DNA of 64,000 nucleotides from Rickettsiales bacterium (GTDB lineage Bacteria > Pseudomonadota > Alphaproteobacteria > Rickettsiales > UBA3002), in assembly GCA_044237845.1 (NCBI GenBank), contig JBIIEL010000007.1:61-64060 (forward strand), written 5' to 3'. The notes under the pieces are model-generated. The model made no database searches. It was not told the origin of the DNA and was given only the letters and a program-made list of their open reading frames with translations. The number at the start of each line of letters is the position of its first letter. Position 1 is the first letter of the stretch. The position numbers were made by a program, and so were the translations under genes. Below are positions 55,586 through 64,000 of this stretch, piece by piece.

Positions 55586-56320
55586 ATGAACGCACCAACC
55601 ATGCGCCTTGACCGACTCCTCGCCAGCATGGGCTATGGCTCGCGCCGCGAGGTGGATGCGCTGGCCTATGCCGAACGGATCACACTCGATGGCGCACCGC
55701 TGCTGGATGCGGATCTGCGCATCGCGCTAACGCCGGATTTGCCCGCGCGGGTGATGTTGGACGGCGCACCGCTCGACCCGCTGCCGGGCATGGTGGTAAT
55801 GTTGCACAAGCCTGTTGGCGTAACCTGCTCGCACAAAGAATCCGGCGCGCTGATTTATGATTTACTGCCCACACGCTGGAAGCGCCGCGACCCTCAGCTC
55901 TCCAGCATCGGGCGGCTGGATAAGGAAACCTCCGGCCTGCTGCTGCTGACGGATGACGGCGCGCTGCTGCATAAAATAATTTCGCCGAAACATCATGTGG
56001 CGAAGGCGTATCATGTGACTCTCGCGCGGCCACTCAATGGCGACGAGGTAGCCATTTTTGCCGCCGGAACGCTGATGCTAGAGCGCGAAGAGAAGCCGCT
56101 TCTGCCCGTGGAAATGGAAGTGCTTTCGCCCACCAGCGCGCGCGTGGCGCTGCATGAGGGGCGCTACCATCAGGTACGCCGCATGTTCGCTGCGGTCGGC
56201 AATCATGTAGAAGCCTTGCACCGCGAACGCATCGGCAGCCTCGCCCTGCCACCAGACCTTGCTGCTGGAGATTTCCGCATACTTGCAGCCGATGACATCG
56301 CCCAGATTTTTGACAAGTAA
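55586..56320 (+). CDS. rsuA: RsuA/RluB-family pseudouridine synthase (S4 domain + catalytic domain)
   Basis: S4 domain MRLDRLLASMGYGSRREV. Catalytic motif GRLDKETSGLLLLTDDG. Also GRYHQVRRMF. Confidence 0.85.
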   Translation: MNAPTMRLDRLLASMGYGSRREVDALAYAERITLDGAPLLDADLRIALTPDLPARVMLDGAPLDPLPGMVVMLHKPVGVTCSHKESGALIYDLLPTRWKRRDPQLSSIGRLDKETSGLLLLTDDGALLHKIISPKHHVAKAYHVTLARPLNGDEVAIFAAGTLMLEREEKPLLPVEMEVLSPTSARVALHEGRYHQVRRMFAAVGNHVEALHRERIGSLALPPDLAAGDFRILAADDIAQIFDK

Positions 56321-56391
56321 CACTTCAGCTAGACATCATCTAATGCCGCTATGCTTCCCCTATCGTTGTCGAACAAACCTAGGAGGCACCC

Positions 56392-56898
56392 ATGTCGAAT
56401 ATTTTCTCGAAATCCGCCCTGTATGCGGCTTTTGCCAGCGGTCTATTCCTCAGCAACAGTGCATCTGCGGGACCATATGATGGCCATCATCATCGCCATT
56501 CCGGCGTTACAGTAAATTTCTCGAACGGCTATTATCCTGCACCATACATGCCACGCTATTATACCCGCCCACATCATTATTACCGCCCGCATTTTGTTCA
56601 CATGCCGATGATGCCTTATTACGCACCGCGCCATTACAGCTCCACCTACTATTTCCAATCTGCGCTGATGACACCGGATGCCTATGACGCCTTTGAATAT
56701 GCCACACCGGGTTCGCGGGTGATACTCAAACATTCGATGAATAACGGGGCTTACTCGCTCACCCCCGGTCGCGTGATATCTACCGAGGGGCGCTACTGCC
56801 GTGAATATCAGGCGAAGGTGATGGTGAATAGCCGCCTTCAGAACGGCTATGGCCAAGCCTGCCGTCAGCCAGATGGCAGTTGGGAGATTATCAGCTAG
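56392..56898 (+). CDS. Secreted protein: Tyr/His/Pro-rich region plus a 17-kDa-surface-antigen-like C-terminal domain
   Basis: Signal peptide ...LFLSNSASA. Low-complexity HHHRH...YYPAPYMPRYYTRPHHYYRPHF. The C-terminus GRYCREYQAKV...GYGQACRQPDGSWEI resembles the alphaproteobacterial surface-antigen motif. Confidence 0.6.
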   Translation: MSNIFSKSALYAAFASGLFLSNSASAGPYDGHHHRHSGVTVNFSNGYYPAPYMPRYYTRPHHYYRPHFVHMPMMPYYAPRHYSSTYYFQSALMTPDAYDAFEYATPGSRVILKHSMNNGAYSLTPGRVISTEGRYCREYQAKVMVNSRLQNGYGQACRQPDGSWEIIS

Positions 56899-57743
56899 CC
56901 GCGTTTTTTATCCGCCGGGTAGACGCCGAGCACGGTCACTTTCTGCGTGAAGAAGCCTAGTTCTTCAATCGCGAGCTGCACTGGGCGCTGGCGCGGGTGG
57001 CCTTCGAACGTCATGAAAAACTGTGCGCTGCCCGTGCCCGCCTGAATATAGCTCTCGAGCTTGAGCATGTTCACCCCATTGGTCGCGAACCCGCCGAGGG
57101 ATTTATAGAGCGCCGCCGGAATATTGCGCACGGTAAAAAATAAACTCGTCAGCACCTTGCCATCTTCCGGCTCGGGGTCGACCGGCTCGCGCGCGACAGT
57201 CACGAACAGAGTTGCGTTGTCATTTGCATCCTGAATCCCATCCGCCAGTTTGGTAAGCTGATACAATTCTCCCGCGAGTGCAGAGCAAATCGCCGCTTTG
57301 CTTTTGTCACCCCATTGCACCACGTCATGCGCTGCGGTGGCGGTGTTACCGTGGATATGCTCCGCAAGCTGATGCTCGTGAATAAAGTTGCGACACTGCA
57401 TCAGCGCCTGATGATGCGAGTACACTTCCTTCACATCCGCCAGCGTCGCACCGGGTACGCCATAGAGATGATGCTCGATCGGTTCGATATGTTCCTCGAC
57501 GATGCTGAGGCTGGTTTCTGGCAACAGGTTATGAATCTCCGCCACACGCCCGGCATGGCTATTTTCAATCGGCACCATGCCATATTTCGCGCGCCCCTCT
57601 TCCACCGCCTTAAACACCTCCATAAATGAGGCGAGTGGCAGCGTCGTCATATACGGGTGATTGCGGCGGCAAGCCAGATCGGCATTGGCTCCGGCGACAC
57701 CCATGAAGGCGATCGTGTGTTCGGCGTCGATAGTGCTAGACAT
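56895..57743 (-). CDS. pheA: Prephenate dehydratase
   Basis: 282 aa. PDT domain ([25 protein letters not shown]) and ACT domain ([22 protein letters not shown]). Confidence 0.9.
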   Translation of the reverse strand: MSSTIDAEHTIAFMGVAGANADLACRRNHPYMTTLPLASFMEVFKAVEEGRAKYGMVPIENSHAGRVAEIHNLLPETSLSIVEEHIEPIEHHLYGVPGATLADVKEVYSHHQALMQCRNFIHEHQLAEHIHGNTATAAHDVVQWGDKSKAAICSALAGELYQLTKLADGIQDANDNATLFVTVAREPVDPEPEDGKVLTSLFFTVRNIPAALYKSLGGFATNGVNMLKLESYIQAGTGSAQFFMTFEGHPRQRPVQLAIEELGFFTQKVTVLGVYPADKKRG

Positions 57744-57811
57744 TTTTTGCTCCCAATCCTACATATACCGCATGTTTCCTAGGGTTAAACCCGCTGCAAC
57801 GCAAGAGTGAT

Positions 57812-59200
57812 ATGGCCTCGATCGAAAAAATAACGACCCAAGCACCTGCCACGACAGGCTACTGGCACGCCGACTCGTGGCGCGAGCGCGAAATCAAACA
57901 GCAACCGAGCTACCCGGATGCTGCTGACGTCGCCCGTGTGGAGCGCATACTCGCCGGGCTGCCGCCGCTCGTGTCGTTCGATGAAATCCGCGCACTGAAA
58001 TCCGAACTCGCACAAGCCGCGATGGGCAATGCGTTCCTGCTGCAAGGGGGCGATTGCGCTGAGAGCTTCGCCGAGTTCAACGAAACCAACTTGCGTCATT
58101 TCTTCCGCGTACTCATCCAGATGACCATCGGGTTGATGTATGGCGCGGGTTCACCCGTGGTGAAGGTCGGTCGCATCGCCGGGCAATTTGCCAAACCACG
58201 TTCGGATGCAATGGAAACCAAAAACGGCGTCGCGCTTCCCAGCTATCGTGGCGACATGGTCAACGGCATGGAGTTCGAGGCCGACGCACGCGTGCCGGAT
58301 CCTGACCGTCTGGTGCAGGCCTATTACCAATCTGCTGCGACGCTAAACTTTCTGCGTTCGCTCGCGCGGTCGGGTTACGCCGCGCTGCCACGCGTGGCGA
58401 AGTGGAATATGGATTTCGTTTCCGGTTCGCCGCAGGGGCGTCACTTTCAGCAGATTGTCGAGCGCATCAATGACTGTCTCGACTTCATCAGCGCGACGGG
58501 CATGAATCTCGAAAACTCGGAAGAACTTTCCGAAGCGCGTTTTTACACCTCGCATGAATCGCTGCTGCTCAATTACGACGCATGCCTCACCCGCCGTGAC
58601 AACAACACCGGCGAATATTACGCAGGCTCCGCGCATATGTTGTGGATCGGTGATCGCACACGCAACCCGGACGAAGCGCATGTGGAATTCCTGCGCGGCG
58701 TGGCGAACCCCATCGGCTGCAAAGTCGGACCGAGCATGACGCCGGAAGATTTAATCCGCCTCTGCGACACGCTGAATCCGAACAACGAAGCGGGACGCCT
58801 CACGTTTATTTCACGCATGGGCGCAGAGAAAGTGGAGCAGTTTTTGCCATCACTCGTGAAGCTCCTCAAGAACGAAGGCCGTCATGTTGTGTGGAGTTGT
58901 GACCCCATGCATGGCAACACCATCAAATCGCCGAACGGATTTAAAACCCGCAAGTTCACCGACATTCTTTCCGAGGTGCGGAAATTTTTTGCCATCCATC
59001 ACGCAGAAGGAACGCATGGCAGTGGCGTGCATTTCGAAATGACCGGGCAGGACGTCACGGAATGTCTGGGTGGTGCGCAGGCAATTTCCGAACTCGATCT
59101 CTCCAACCGTTACCACACGCATTGCGACCCGCGTCTCAACGCATCGCAATCGCTGGAGCTGGCATTCCTCATCGCCGAGCTGCTGAAAAAACAGAAGTGA
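57812..59200 (+). CDS. Class II (plant-type) 3-deoxy-7-phosphoheptulonate (DAHP) synthase
   Basis: 462 aa. W...[37 protein letters not shown], and HGNT near the C-terminus. Confidence 0.92.
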   Translation: MASIEKITTQAPATTGYWHADSWREREIKQQPSYPDAADVARVERILAGLPPLVSFDEIRALKSELAQAAMGNAFLLQGGDCAESFAEFNETNLRHFFRVLIQMTIGLMYGAGSPVVKVGRIAGQFAKPRSDAMETKNGVALPSYRGDMVNGMEFEADARVPDPDRLVQAYYQSAATLNFLRSLARSGYAALPRVAKWNMDFVSGSPQGRHFQQIVERINDCLDFISATGMNLENSEELSEARFYTSHESLLLNYDACLTRRDNNTGEYYAGSAHMLWIGDRTRNPDEAHVEFLRGVANPIGCKVGPSMTPEDLIRLCDTLNPNNEAGRLTFISRMGAEKVEQFLPSLVKLLKNEGRHVVWSCDPMHGNTIKSPNGFKTRKFTDILSEVRKFFAIHHAEGTHGSGVHFEMTGQDVTECLGGAQAISELDLSNRYHTHCDPRLNASQSLELAFLIAELLKKQK

Positions 59201-59498
59201 GATCGTGAGTGTGAATGGTGAGTAGCGACTTCTACCATTCCGTCTTATTCAAAAAATCATTTCGTAAAATTACTGCGCTTCATTTTGTGCGCTCATGAAA
59301 TAAAATTCATCACTCACTACTTAAAATTCACTACTCACCATTTCATCGCCGCTGCAATTTTTGTTGCAGTGTTGCAACAAAATTATTTTGTTCGGAAAAA
59401 AATAATCCTCTTGCGATTCTTTACTGCAATCATTCGTAGAAAAACGAAATCAATTATGAGTAACTGGCCTTGTTGTTAACCTTTTTATGGAGAGTACC

Positions 59499-59660
59499 AT
59501 GGCTGTAGCCAAAAAGAAGACCGCTGCTAAAAAACCTGCTGCAAAGAAAACCGCTGCTAAAAAACCAGCTGCGAAAAAAACTGTAGCTAAAAAAGCAGCA
59601 ACGAAAGTTGTAAAGTCGGCAAAAAAGCCGGCTGCTAAAAAAGTAGCTAAGAAGAAGTAG
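59499..59660 (+). CDS. Lys/Ala-rich histone H1-like small basic protein (53 aa; below the ORF-track cutoff)
   Basis: GGAGAG lies 6 nt before the ATG. Translates to MAVAKKKTAAKKPAAKKTAAKKPAAKKTVAKKAATKVVKSAKKPAAKKVAKKK and is followed by a strong terminator. The long minus-strand ORFs here look like frame shadows. Confidence 0.6.
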   Translation: MAVAKKKTAAKKPAAKKTAAKKPAAKKTVAKKAATKVVKSAKKPAAKKVAKKK

Positions 59661-59683
59661 TTCTTCTCGCACACTAGACGAAA

Positions 59684-59710
59684 GGGCGGCTTTTTAGCCG
59701 CCCTTTTTTT
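59684..59710 (+). terminator. Rho-independent terminator of the Lys/Ala-rich gene
   Basis: GGGCGGCT-TTTT-AGCCGCCC followed by TTTTTTT. Confidence 0.8.
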
Positions 59711-59865
59711 GTGGCCCGCGCCGGGCAGGCATATTTCTACACACAACAAAAAAGGCCGCAGATAACTCCGCGGCCTTTGGTATGTGAGTGCGAGGTCAGT
59801 AGACCGAGCGATTCAACCGGCGCGCCATGGAATTTTCAGGAGAAAATTCCGGGCGCAATGAAACA

Positions 59866-59890
59866 GAAAAAGGGGCGCATTTTTGCGCCC
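59866..59890 (-). terminator. Rho-independent terminator downstream of pnp
   Basis: On the minus strand GGGGCGCA-AAAA-TGCGCCCC is followed by TTTTTCTGTTT. It lies 10 nt after the pnp stop. Confidence 0.75.
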
Positions 59891-59899
59891 CTTTTAAAA

Positions 59900-62071
59900 C
59901 TAAGCTTCTTGTGCTTCGCCGCCTTGACGCTTGCGACGCATCGACTTACCGGCCATTTCATATTGGTCGGACATGTCTTCGCCAGTTTCCTGGTTCACCA
60001 CTTTCATGGAGAGGCGAACCTTCCCACGACCGTCGATCTCCAGCACTTTTACTTTCACCATGTCACCTTCGTTCACCACATCGGTCACTTGGTTGACGCG
60101 GTGGTCAGCCATTTCCGAGATGTGCACGAGGCCATCAAGCCCGCCGAGGAAGTTGACGAACGCACCGAAATCAACAATGCGCACGACTTTACCGTCGTAG
60201 ATCTTGTTGATCTCAGGAACCGCCGTGATGCCCTCGATCCATTTTTGCGCAGCCTCGGCAGCTTCGCCGGTGGTTGCAAAAATGTTGATCGTGCCGTCTT
60301 CACCGATATCGATCTTGGTGCCGGTGGTCTCGGTGATTTCACGAATCACTTTCCCGCCGGAGCCAATCACCTCACGGATTTTGTCGACTGGAATCTTGAT
60401 CGTGGTGATGCGCGGCGCCATTTCCGACATCTCACTTGGAGCGGTCAGCGCTTTGCTCATTTCACCGAGGATGTGCAGACGACCTGCTTTTGCCTGGTGG
60501 AGTGCCACTTTCATGATCTCTTCGGTGATGCCTTGGATTTTGATATCCATCTGCAGCGAGGTCACACCGTTGGTGGTGCCCGCCACCTTGAAATCCATAT
60601 CGCCGAGGTGATCTTCGTCGCCCATGATGTCGGAAAGCACGGTGTAGTCCTTGCCTTCAAGCACGAGGCCCATCGCGATACCCGCGATCGGCGACTTGAG
60701 TGGCACACCCGCATGCATCATCGCGAGGCTTGCACCGCACACGGTTGCCATCGACGACGAACCATTCGATTCGGTAATCTCCGACACCACGCGAATGGTG
60801 TAGGGAAAGCTTTCTTTCGCTGGCAGCATCGGACGAACTGCACGCCATGCGAGTTTACCGTGACCGATTTCACGACGCCCTGGCGGACGCAGCGGAGATG
60901 CTTCACCTACCGAGTAAGGAGGGAAGTTATAATGCAGCATAAAATGCTCGTCATACGCGCCTTCGATGGCGTCGATGAGCTGCTCGTCCTGCGAGGTGCC
61001 GAGTGTGGTGACGACAATCGCTTGCGTCTCGCCACGGGTGAACAGCGCCGAACCATGCGTGCGTGGTAGAATGCCCACTTCACAGGTGATCGGACGAATC
61101 TGCTCCGGATTACGACCATCGATACGGTGCTTGTCTTTTGCAATCGCCGTACGAACGATGTCTTGCTCCAGTTTCTTGAGCACGTTGCCCACGAGTTTCT
61201 CGCCATACTGGCCAGCCTCGGTGCCAACGAATTTTTCCTTCACGGCTTTTTTCGCTGCGTTGATGGCATTCACGCGCTCTTGCTTTGCGGTGATTTTATA
61301 CGCCGCACGCAGAGGTTCCTCTGCAATCGCTTTCACGCCGCTTTTCAGTTCCGCAGGATATTCTGCTGCGGTGAAATCCCATGGCTCTTTCGCCGAAGAT
61401 TCCGCGAAAGCAACGATGAGATCCAGCACCGGCTGGAAGCTTTTATGCGCGAAAGTCACGCCGCCAAGCATTTGCTCCTCGGAGAGTTCCTGCGCTTCAG
61501 ATTCCACCATCAGTACCGAGGTACGCGTACCCGCCACGATGAGGTCGAGCGTCGATTCCGCCGCTTGCGACTTCATCGGGTTGAGCACGTATTGACCGTT
61601 AATGTAGCCGACTTTCGCCGCACCAACCGGGCCCATGAACGGCACGCCGGAAATGGCGAGCGCCGCCGAAGCACCGATCATCGCCGGGATGTCGGAATCG
61701 TTTTCAAGGTCATGGCTGAGCACGGTGCACACGACTTGCACATCGTTATAGAAGCCTTCTGCGAACATCGGGCGGATCGGGCGGTCGATGAGGCGCGAAA
61801 CGAGCGTTTCTTTCTCGCTTGGGCGGCCTTCACGCTTGAAGAAGCCACCTGGGATTTTCCCGGCAGCGTAGGTTTTTTCGATATAAGTCACGGTGAGCGG
61901 GAAGAAATCGATATCCGGCTTCGGTTGTTTTGCAGCAGTGACTGCGCAGAGTACGACGGTTTCGCCGTAGGTCACGAGAACCGCACCATCGGCTTGGCGG
62001 GCGATGCGCCCAGTTTCGAGGGTCAGCGTGCGGCCGCCCCATTCCATTGATTTTTTAGTAACGTTAAACAT
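59900..62071 (-). CDS. pnp: Polyribonucleotide nucleotidyltransferase (PNPase)
   Basis: 723 aa. Two RNase PH domains, a KH domain ([11 protein letters not shown]) and an S1 domain ([15 protein letters not shown]). Confidence 0.96.
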   Translation of the reverse strand: MFNVTKKSMEWGGRTLTLETGRIARQADGAVLVTYGETVVLCAVTAAKQPKPDIDFFPLTVTYIEKTYAAGKIPGGFFKREGRPSEKETLVSRLIDRPIRPMFAEGFYNDVQVVCTVLSHDLENDSDIPAMIGASAALAISGVPFMGPVGAAKVGYINGQYVLNPMKSQAAESTLDLIVAGTRTSVLMVESEAQELSEEQMLGGVTFAHKSFQPVLDLIVAFAESSAKEPWDFTAAEYPAELKSGVKAIAEEPLRAAYKITAKQERVNAINAAKKAVKEKFVGTEAGQYGEKLVGNVLKKLEQDIVRTAIAKDKHRIDGRNPEQIRPITCEVGILPRTHGSALFTRGETQAIVVTTLGTSQDEQLIDAIEGAYDEHFMLHYNFPPYSVGEASPLRPPGRREIGHGKLAWRAVRPMLPAKESFPYTIRVVSEITESNGSSSMATVCGASLAMMHAGVPLKSPIAGIAMGLVLEGKDYTVLSDIMGDEDHLGDMDFKVAGTTNGVTSLQMDIKIQGITEEIMKVALHQAKAGRLHILGEMSKALTAPSEMSEMAPRITTIKIPVDKIREVIGSGGKVIREITETTGTKIDIGEDGTINIFATTGEAAEAAQKWIEGITAVPEINKIYDGKVVRIVDFGAFVNFLGGLDGLVHISEMADHRVNQVTDVVNEGDMVKVKVLEIDGRGKVRLSMKVVNQETGEDMSDQYEMAGKSMRRKRQGGEAQEA

Positions 62072-62228
62072 GGTCGTGTAGTCCTTTCATTTCCCCCATC
62101 CCTTCTACGCATTCTCCCTATGAGATGCGCGACCGCAAAATATATCTCTCTATCTTCCGCGATTCCAACCAGGCGGGAGCCTGTGGTTGTGCGTTATCCA
62201 ATATTCCCACCACCCGCACCCGTGGTGA

Positions 62229-62259
62229 AAATAAAGAGGCCACCGATTAAGGTGGCCCC
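62229..62259 (-). terminator. rpsO terminator / pnp leader hairpin
   Basis: On the minus strand GGCCACC-TTAATC-GGTGGCC is followed by TCTTTATTTT. This is the classical position between rpsO and pnp. Confidence 0.65.
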
Positions 62260-62267
62260 GTTATGTG

Positions 62268-62537
62268 TTACTTACGAATGCCCAGCTTCTCGATGAGGAC
62301 ACTGTAGCGTTTTGTATCCTTGCCCTTCAGGTAGTCGAGCAGGCTACGACGTGCGCTTACCATTTTCAGCAGGCCGCGACGCGAGTGGTGGTCTTTTTTG
62401 TGGCCTTTGAAATGCTCGGTGAGGTTCGTGATACGCTCGCTCAGGATGGCGATTTGTACTTCCGGCGAACCGGTGTCGCCTTTGCCGGTAGCGTGTTCTT
62501 TAATCAGCGCAGCTTTGCGCTCAGCAGTGATGGTCAT
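62268..62537 (-). CDS. rpsO: 30S ribosomal protein S15
   Basis: 89 aa from [15 protein letters not shown].... The ATG at 62537 is preferred, since it gives the canonical length, over the track start at 62555. Confidence 0.93.
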   Translation of the reverse strand: MTITAERKAALIKEHATGKGDTGSPEVQIAILSERITNLTEHFKGHKKDHHSRRGLLKMVSARRSLLDYLKGKDTKRYSVLIEKLGIRK

Positions 62538-62559
62538 GGTACTTCCTCTCGACATCGGG

Positions 62560-63639
62560 TTAAGTGTTTAGCAGCCGAACCGAAATCACCTGATTTCCTT
62601 CCACTCGCGCCAGCCCCACCAATTGCCCCTGATGCAGCACCGCAAGCAGTGGCGTATCAGGATAGTGAGAAGCCAACGTTACCCGTTGACCATGGCGCAG
62701 TGTGTTCACCTGCCCGCCCTCCAATGCCAGTGCCGGGATGTCGTCCAGCGCGGCGTGAAGCGGCGTAAGCCCGAGGAAAGCTTCTCCCCCAAGCGGTGGC
62801 GCGTTATGCACCGATTCGGCCAGAAAATCCAGCGAAATCGCATCACGATCGGTGAAGGGCCCCACCGCTGCCCGGTGCAGGCGCGAGATATAGCCCTCCG
62901 AGCCCAGCGCATGCGCAATATCACGACCTAAGCTCCTGATATATGTACCTTTGGATACTTTGGCGCGAAATTCCGCGGTTTTCAAAGTGGGTAAGCCCTC
63001 ACCCGGAGCGCCCCAAAGCGCTCCGACCTCTCCCAAGGGAGAGGTAACCGAGTGTGCGTTATTGTTTGAATACAAGAGGTGACGCGGCGTCACCTCTCCC
63101 TTGGGAGAGGTCTGAATTTGCTCTTGGGCAAATTCAGGGTGAGGGCTGGCGCAGGAAAACCCCAAAAACTCCAGCGCATAAATCGTCACTGGCCGCGGCT
63201 GAAGCACCACCTCCTCCCCCGCGCGGGCAAGGTCGTAGGCGCGTTTTCCGGCAACTTTGAGGGCGGAATAAGCCGGGGGAAGCTGCATCACCGTGCCGGT
63301 GAAGGCAGGTAAGATACTGCGTATCTCGGTTTCCGTTGGAATCTTATCCGAGGTCGCGACCACCTCCCCTTCCGCGTCATCCGTCGCGCGACGCTCGCCG
63401 AAGGTCACGGCAAATTCATAGGTTTTCTTGGCATCCATCAGCAGATTCACGCATTTGGTGCCCTCGCCGAGCGCGAGTGGCAGCACGCCCGTAGCCAGCG
63501 GGTCGAGCGTCCCCGCATGGCCGATTTTCTGCGGCCTCAGCAGCCACTTCACCTTATTCACCGCATCCGCAGAGGTGATGCCCAGCGGCTTAGAGAGATT
63601 AATCCAGCCGTTGATGGCGTTTTTGTTTTGTTTTTTCAT
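62560..63639 (-). CDS. truB: tRNA pseudouridine(55) synthase TruB, carrying an in-frame ~50-aa insertion
   Basis: [32 protein letters not shown] and SKGTYIRSL. 359 aa, against ~300-315 typical. The extra segment lies between [10 protein letters not shown] and [17 protein letters not shown]. Confidence 0.92.
   Translation of the reverse strand: MKKQNKNAINGWINLSKPLGITSADAVNKVKWLLRPQKIGHAGTLDPLATGVLPLALGEGTKCVNLLMDAKKTYEFAVTFGERRATDDAEGEVVATSDKIPTETEIRSILPAFTGTVMQLPPAYSALKVAGKRAYDLARAGEEVVLQPRPVTIYALEFLGFSCASPHPEFAQEQIQTSPKGEVTPRHLLYSNNNAHSVTSPLGEVGALWGAPGEGLPTLKTAEFRAKVSKGTYIRSLGRDIAHALGSEGYISRLHRAAVGPFTDRDAISLDFLAESVHNAPPLGGEAFLGLTPLHAALDDIPALALEGGQVNTLRHGQRVTLASHYPDTPLLAVLHQGQLVGLARVEGNQVISVRLLNT
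62994..63147. mobile_element. Nested-palindrome (MITE/RPE-like) element inserted in frame within truB
   Basis: 11-bp terminal inverted repeats, AGCCCTCACCC and GGGTGAGGGCT. Internal hairpins: GGAGCGC/GCGCTCC, ACCTCTCCC-AA-GGGAGAGGT, AGGTGACGC/GCGTCACCT, ACCTCTCCC-TT-GGGAGAGGT and CTGAATTTGC/GCAAATTCAG. Confidence 0.7.
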
Positions 63640-63680
63640 AGTTTAATTCTGTCATCTCCACGCAAACTGCGCTGCCGATG

Positions 63681-63998
63681 TTATTTCTTTTTTATACTGA
63701 CATGAATCTTTTCAATGCCAAGCTCTTGCCATTTTCCTTGACGGAAGTTTGGCCACCCGCGCAAGTTTCCCAAAACATTCGATGATTCTTTAAACTTATT
63801 TGCCTTCCAAATACTCTTGTCTCTGAGCCCATCAGAATAAAAAGTTTCTATTTCTGCAACACGGTGAACGAGCAACTCATTTTTAAAATCTGCTGATTTT
63901 TTTGGATCTAGCGTGATTGGTAAAACATTTGTTTTAGGTGCGCGGCTACCAACGCGCGTTGTATTTTTTCTAACATTCGACTCTAGAATGTCAGGCAT
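63681..63998 (-). CDS. Hypothetical protein (105 aa) in a visibly AT-rich segment
   Basis: Complete ORF MPDILESNVRKNTTRV...IHVSIKKK with no motif recognised. Its composition is clearly more AT-rich than truB next door, by eye. Confidence 0.4.
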   Translation of the reverse strand: MPDILESNVRKNTTRVGSRAPKTNVLPITLDPKKSADFKNELLVHRVAEIETFYSDGLRDKSIWKANKFKESSNVLGNLRGWPNFRQGKWQELGIEKIHVSIKKK

Positions 63999-64000
63999 GG

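Noticed and set aside
59499-59660. Tandem repeats here were considered as a CRISPR-like or VNTR array.
   Set aside because: There are only two 30-nt units, no spacers, and the repeats are in frame as part of a Lys/Ala-rich ORF with a ribosome-binding site and terminator. No CRISPR array exists in the window.

Overview
This 64-kb window appears to be alphaproteobacterial chromosome. That call rests on FlbD-type flagellar regulation, fixNOQP-GHIS-type cbb3 oxidase genes, a class II DAHP synthase and an initiator tRNA with an A29:U41 pair; no finer lineage can be assigned by eye. All calls come from reading the sequence and from remembered family motifs; no searches were run.

Layout, left to right:
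- (1) 1-9.4 kb: flagellar block fliF'-fliG-fliH-fliN-flbD-flhA-flhF-flhG plus a FliK-like gene.
- (2) 9.5-12.6 kb: ispB, then a 16S rRNA gene on the minus strand. It has its own processing stem and terminator and no 23S/5S or spacer tRNAs, so it is an unlinked rrs.
- (3) 12.7-14.5 kb: an orphan prepilin-type gene, a LOG-family gene and tRNA-fMet.
- (4) 14.5-37.1 kb: an apparent accessory segment that begins 2 nt after the tRNA.
  - It contains a degraded P4/PICI-like replication module: AlpA-like HTH, a Toprim-DUF3987 primase split by a +1A frameshift, heptamer iterons and no integrase.
  - It contains an MmeI-like type IIL restriction-modification (RM) gene with one in-frame TAA.
  - It contains a dense light/oxidative-damage cluster. 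This holds three photolyase-family loci, one of them split and domain-permuted, plus SelO, GPx, DCC, VOC, DUF2237 and DUF2256.
  - It ends with a two-component block.
  - A 43-45-nt hairpin repeat found just after the tRNA recurs at 37.04 kb.
- (5) 37.2-45.3 kb: cbb3 oxidase genes ccoNOQP-ccoGHIS behind an FNR/FixK box.
- (6) 45.3-51.3 kb: DUF465, ompW (also behind an FNR box), an Fnr-like regulator with a C-terminal Cys cluster, and a fused indolepyruvate ferredoxin oxidoreductase.
- (7) 51.3-53.3 kb: a compact three-gene module of an ExbB/MotA-like channel, a MotB/OmpA-like protein and an unknown 197-aa protein. This is my best candidate for an undescribed system.
- (8) 53.4-64 kb: housekeeping genes (methyltransferases, rsuA, pheA, DAHP synthase, pnp, rpsO, truB). 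truB carries an in-frame ~150-nt nested-palindrome insertion resembling the palindromic elements of Rickettsia.
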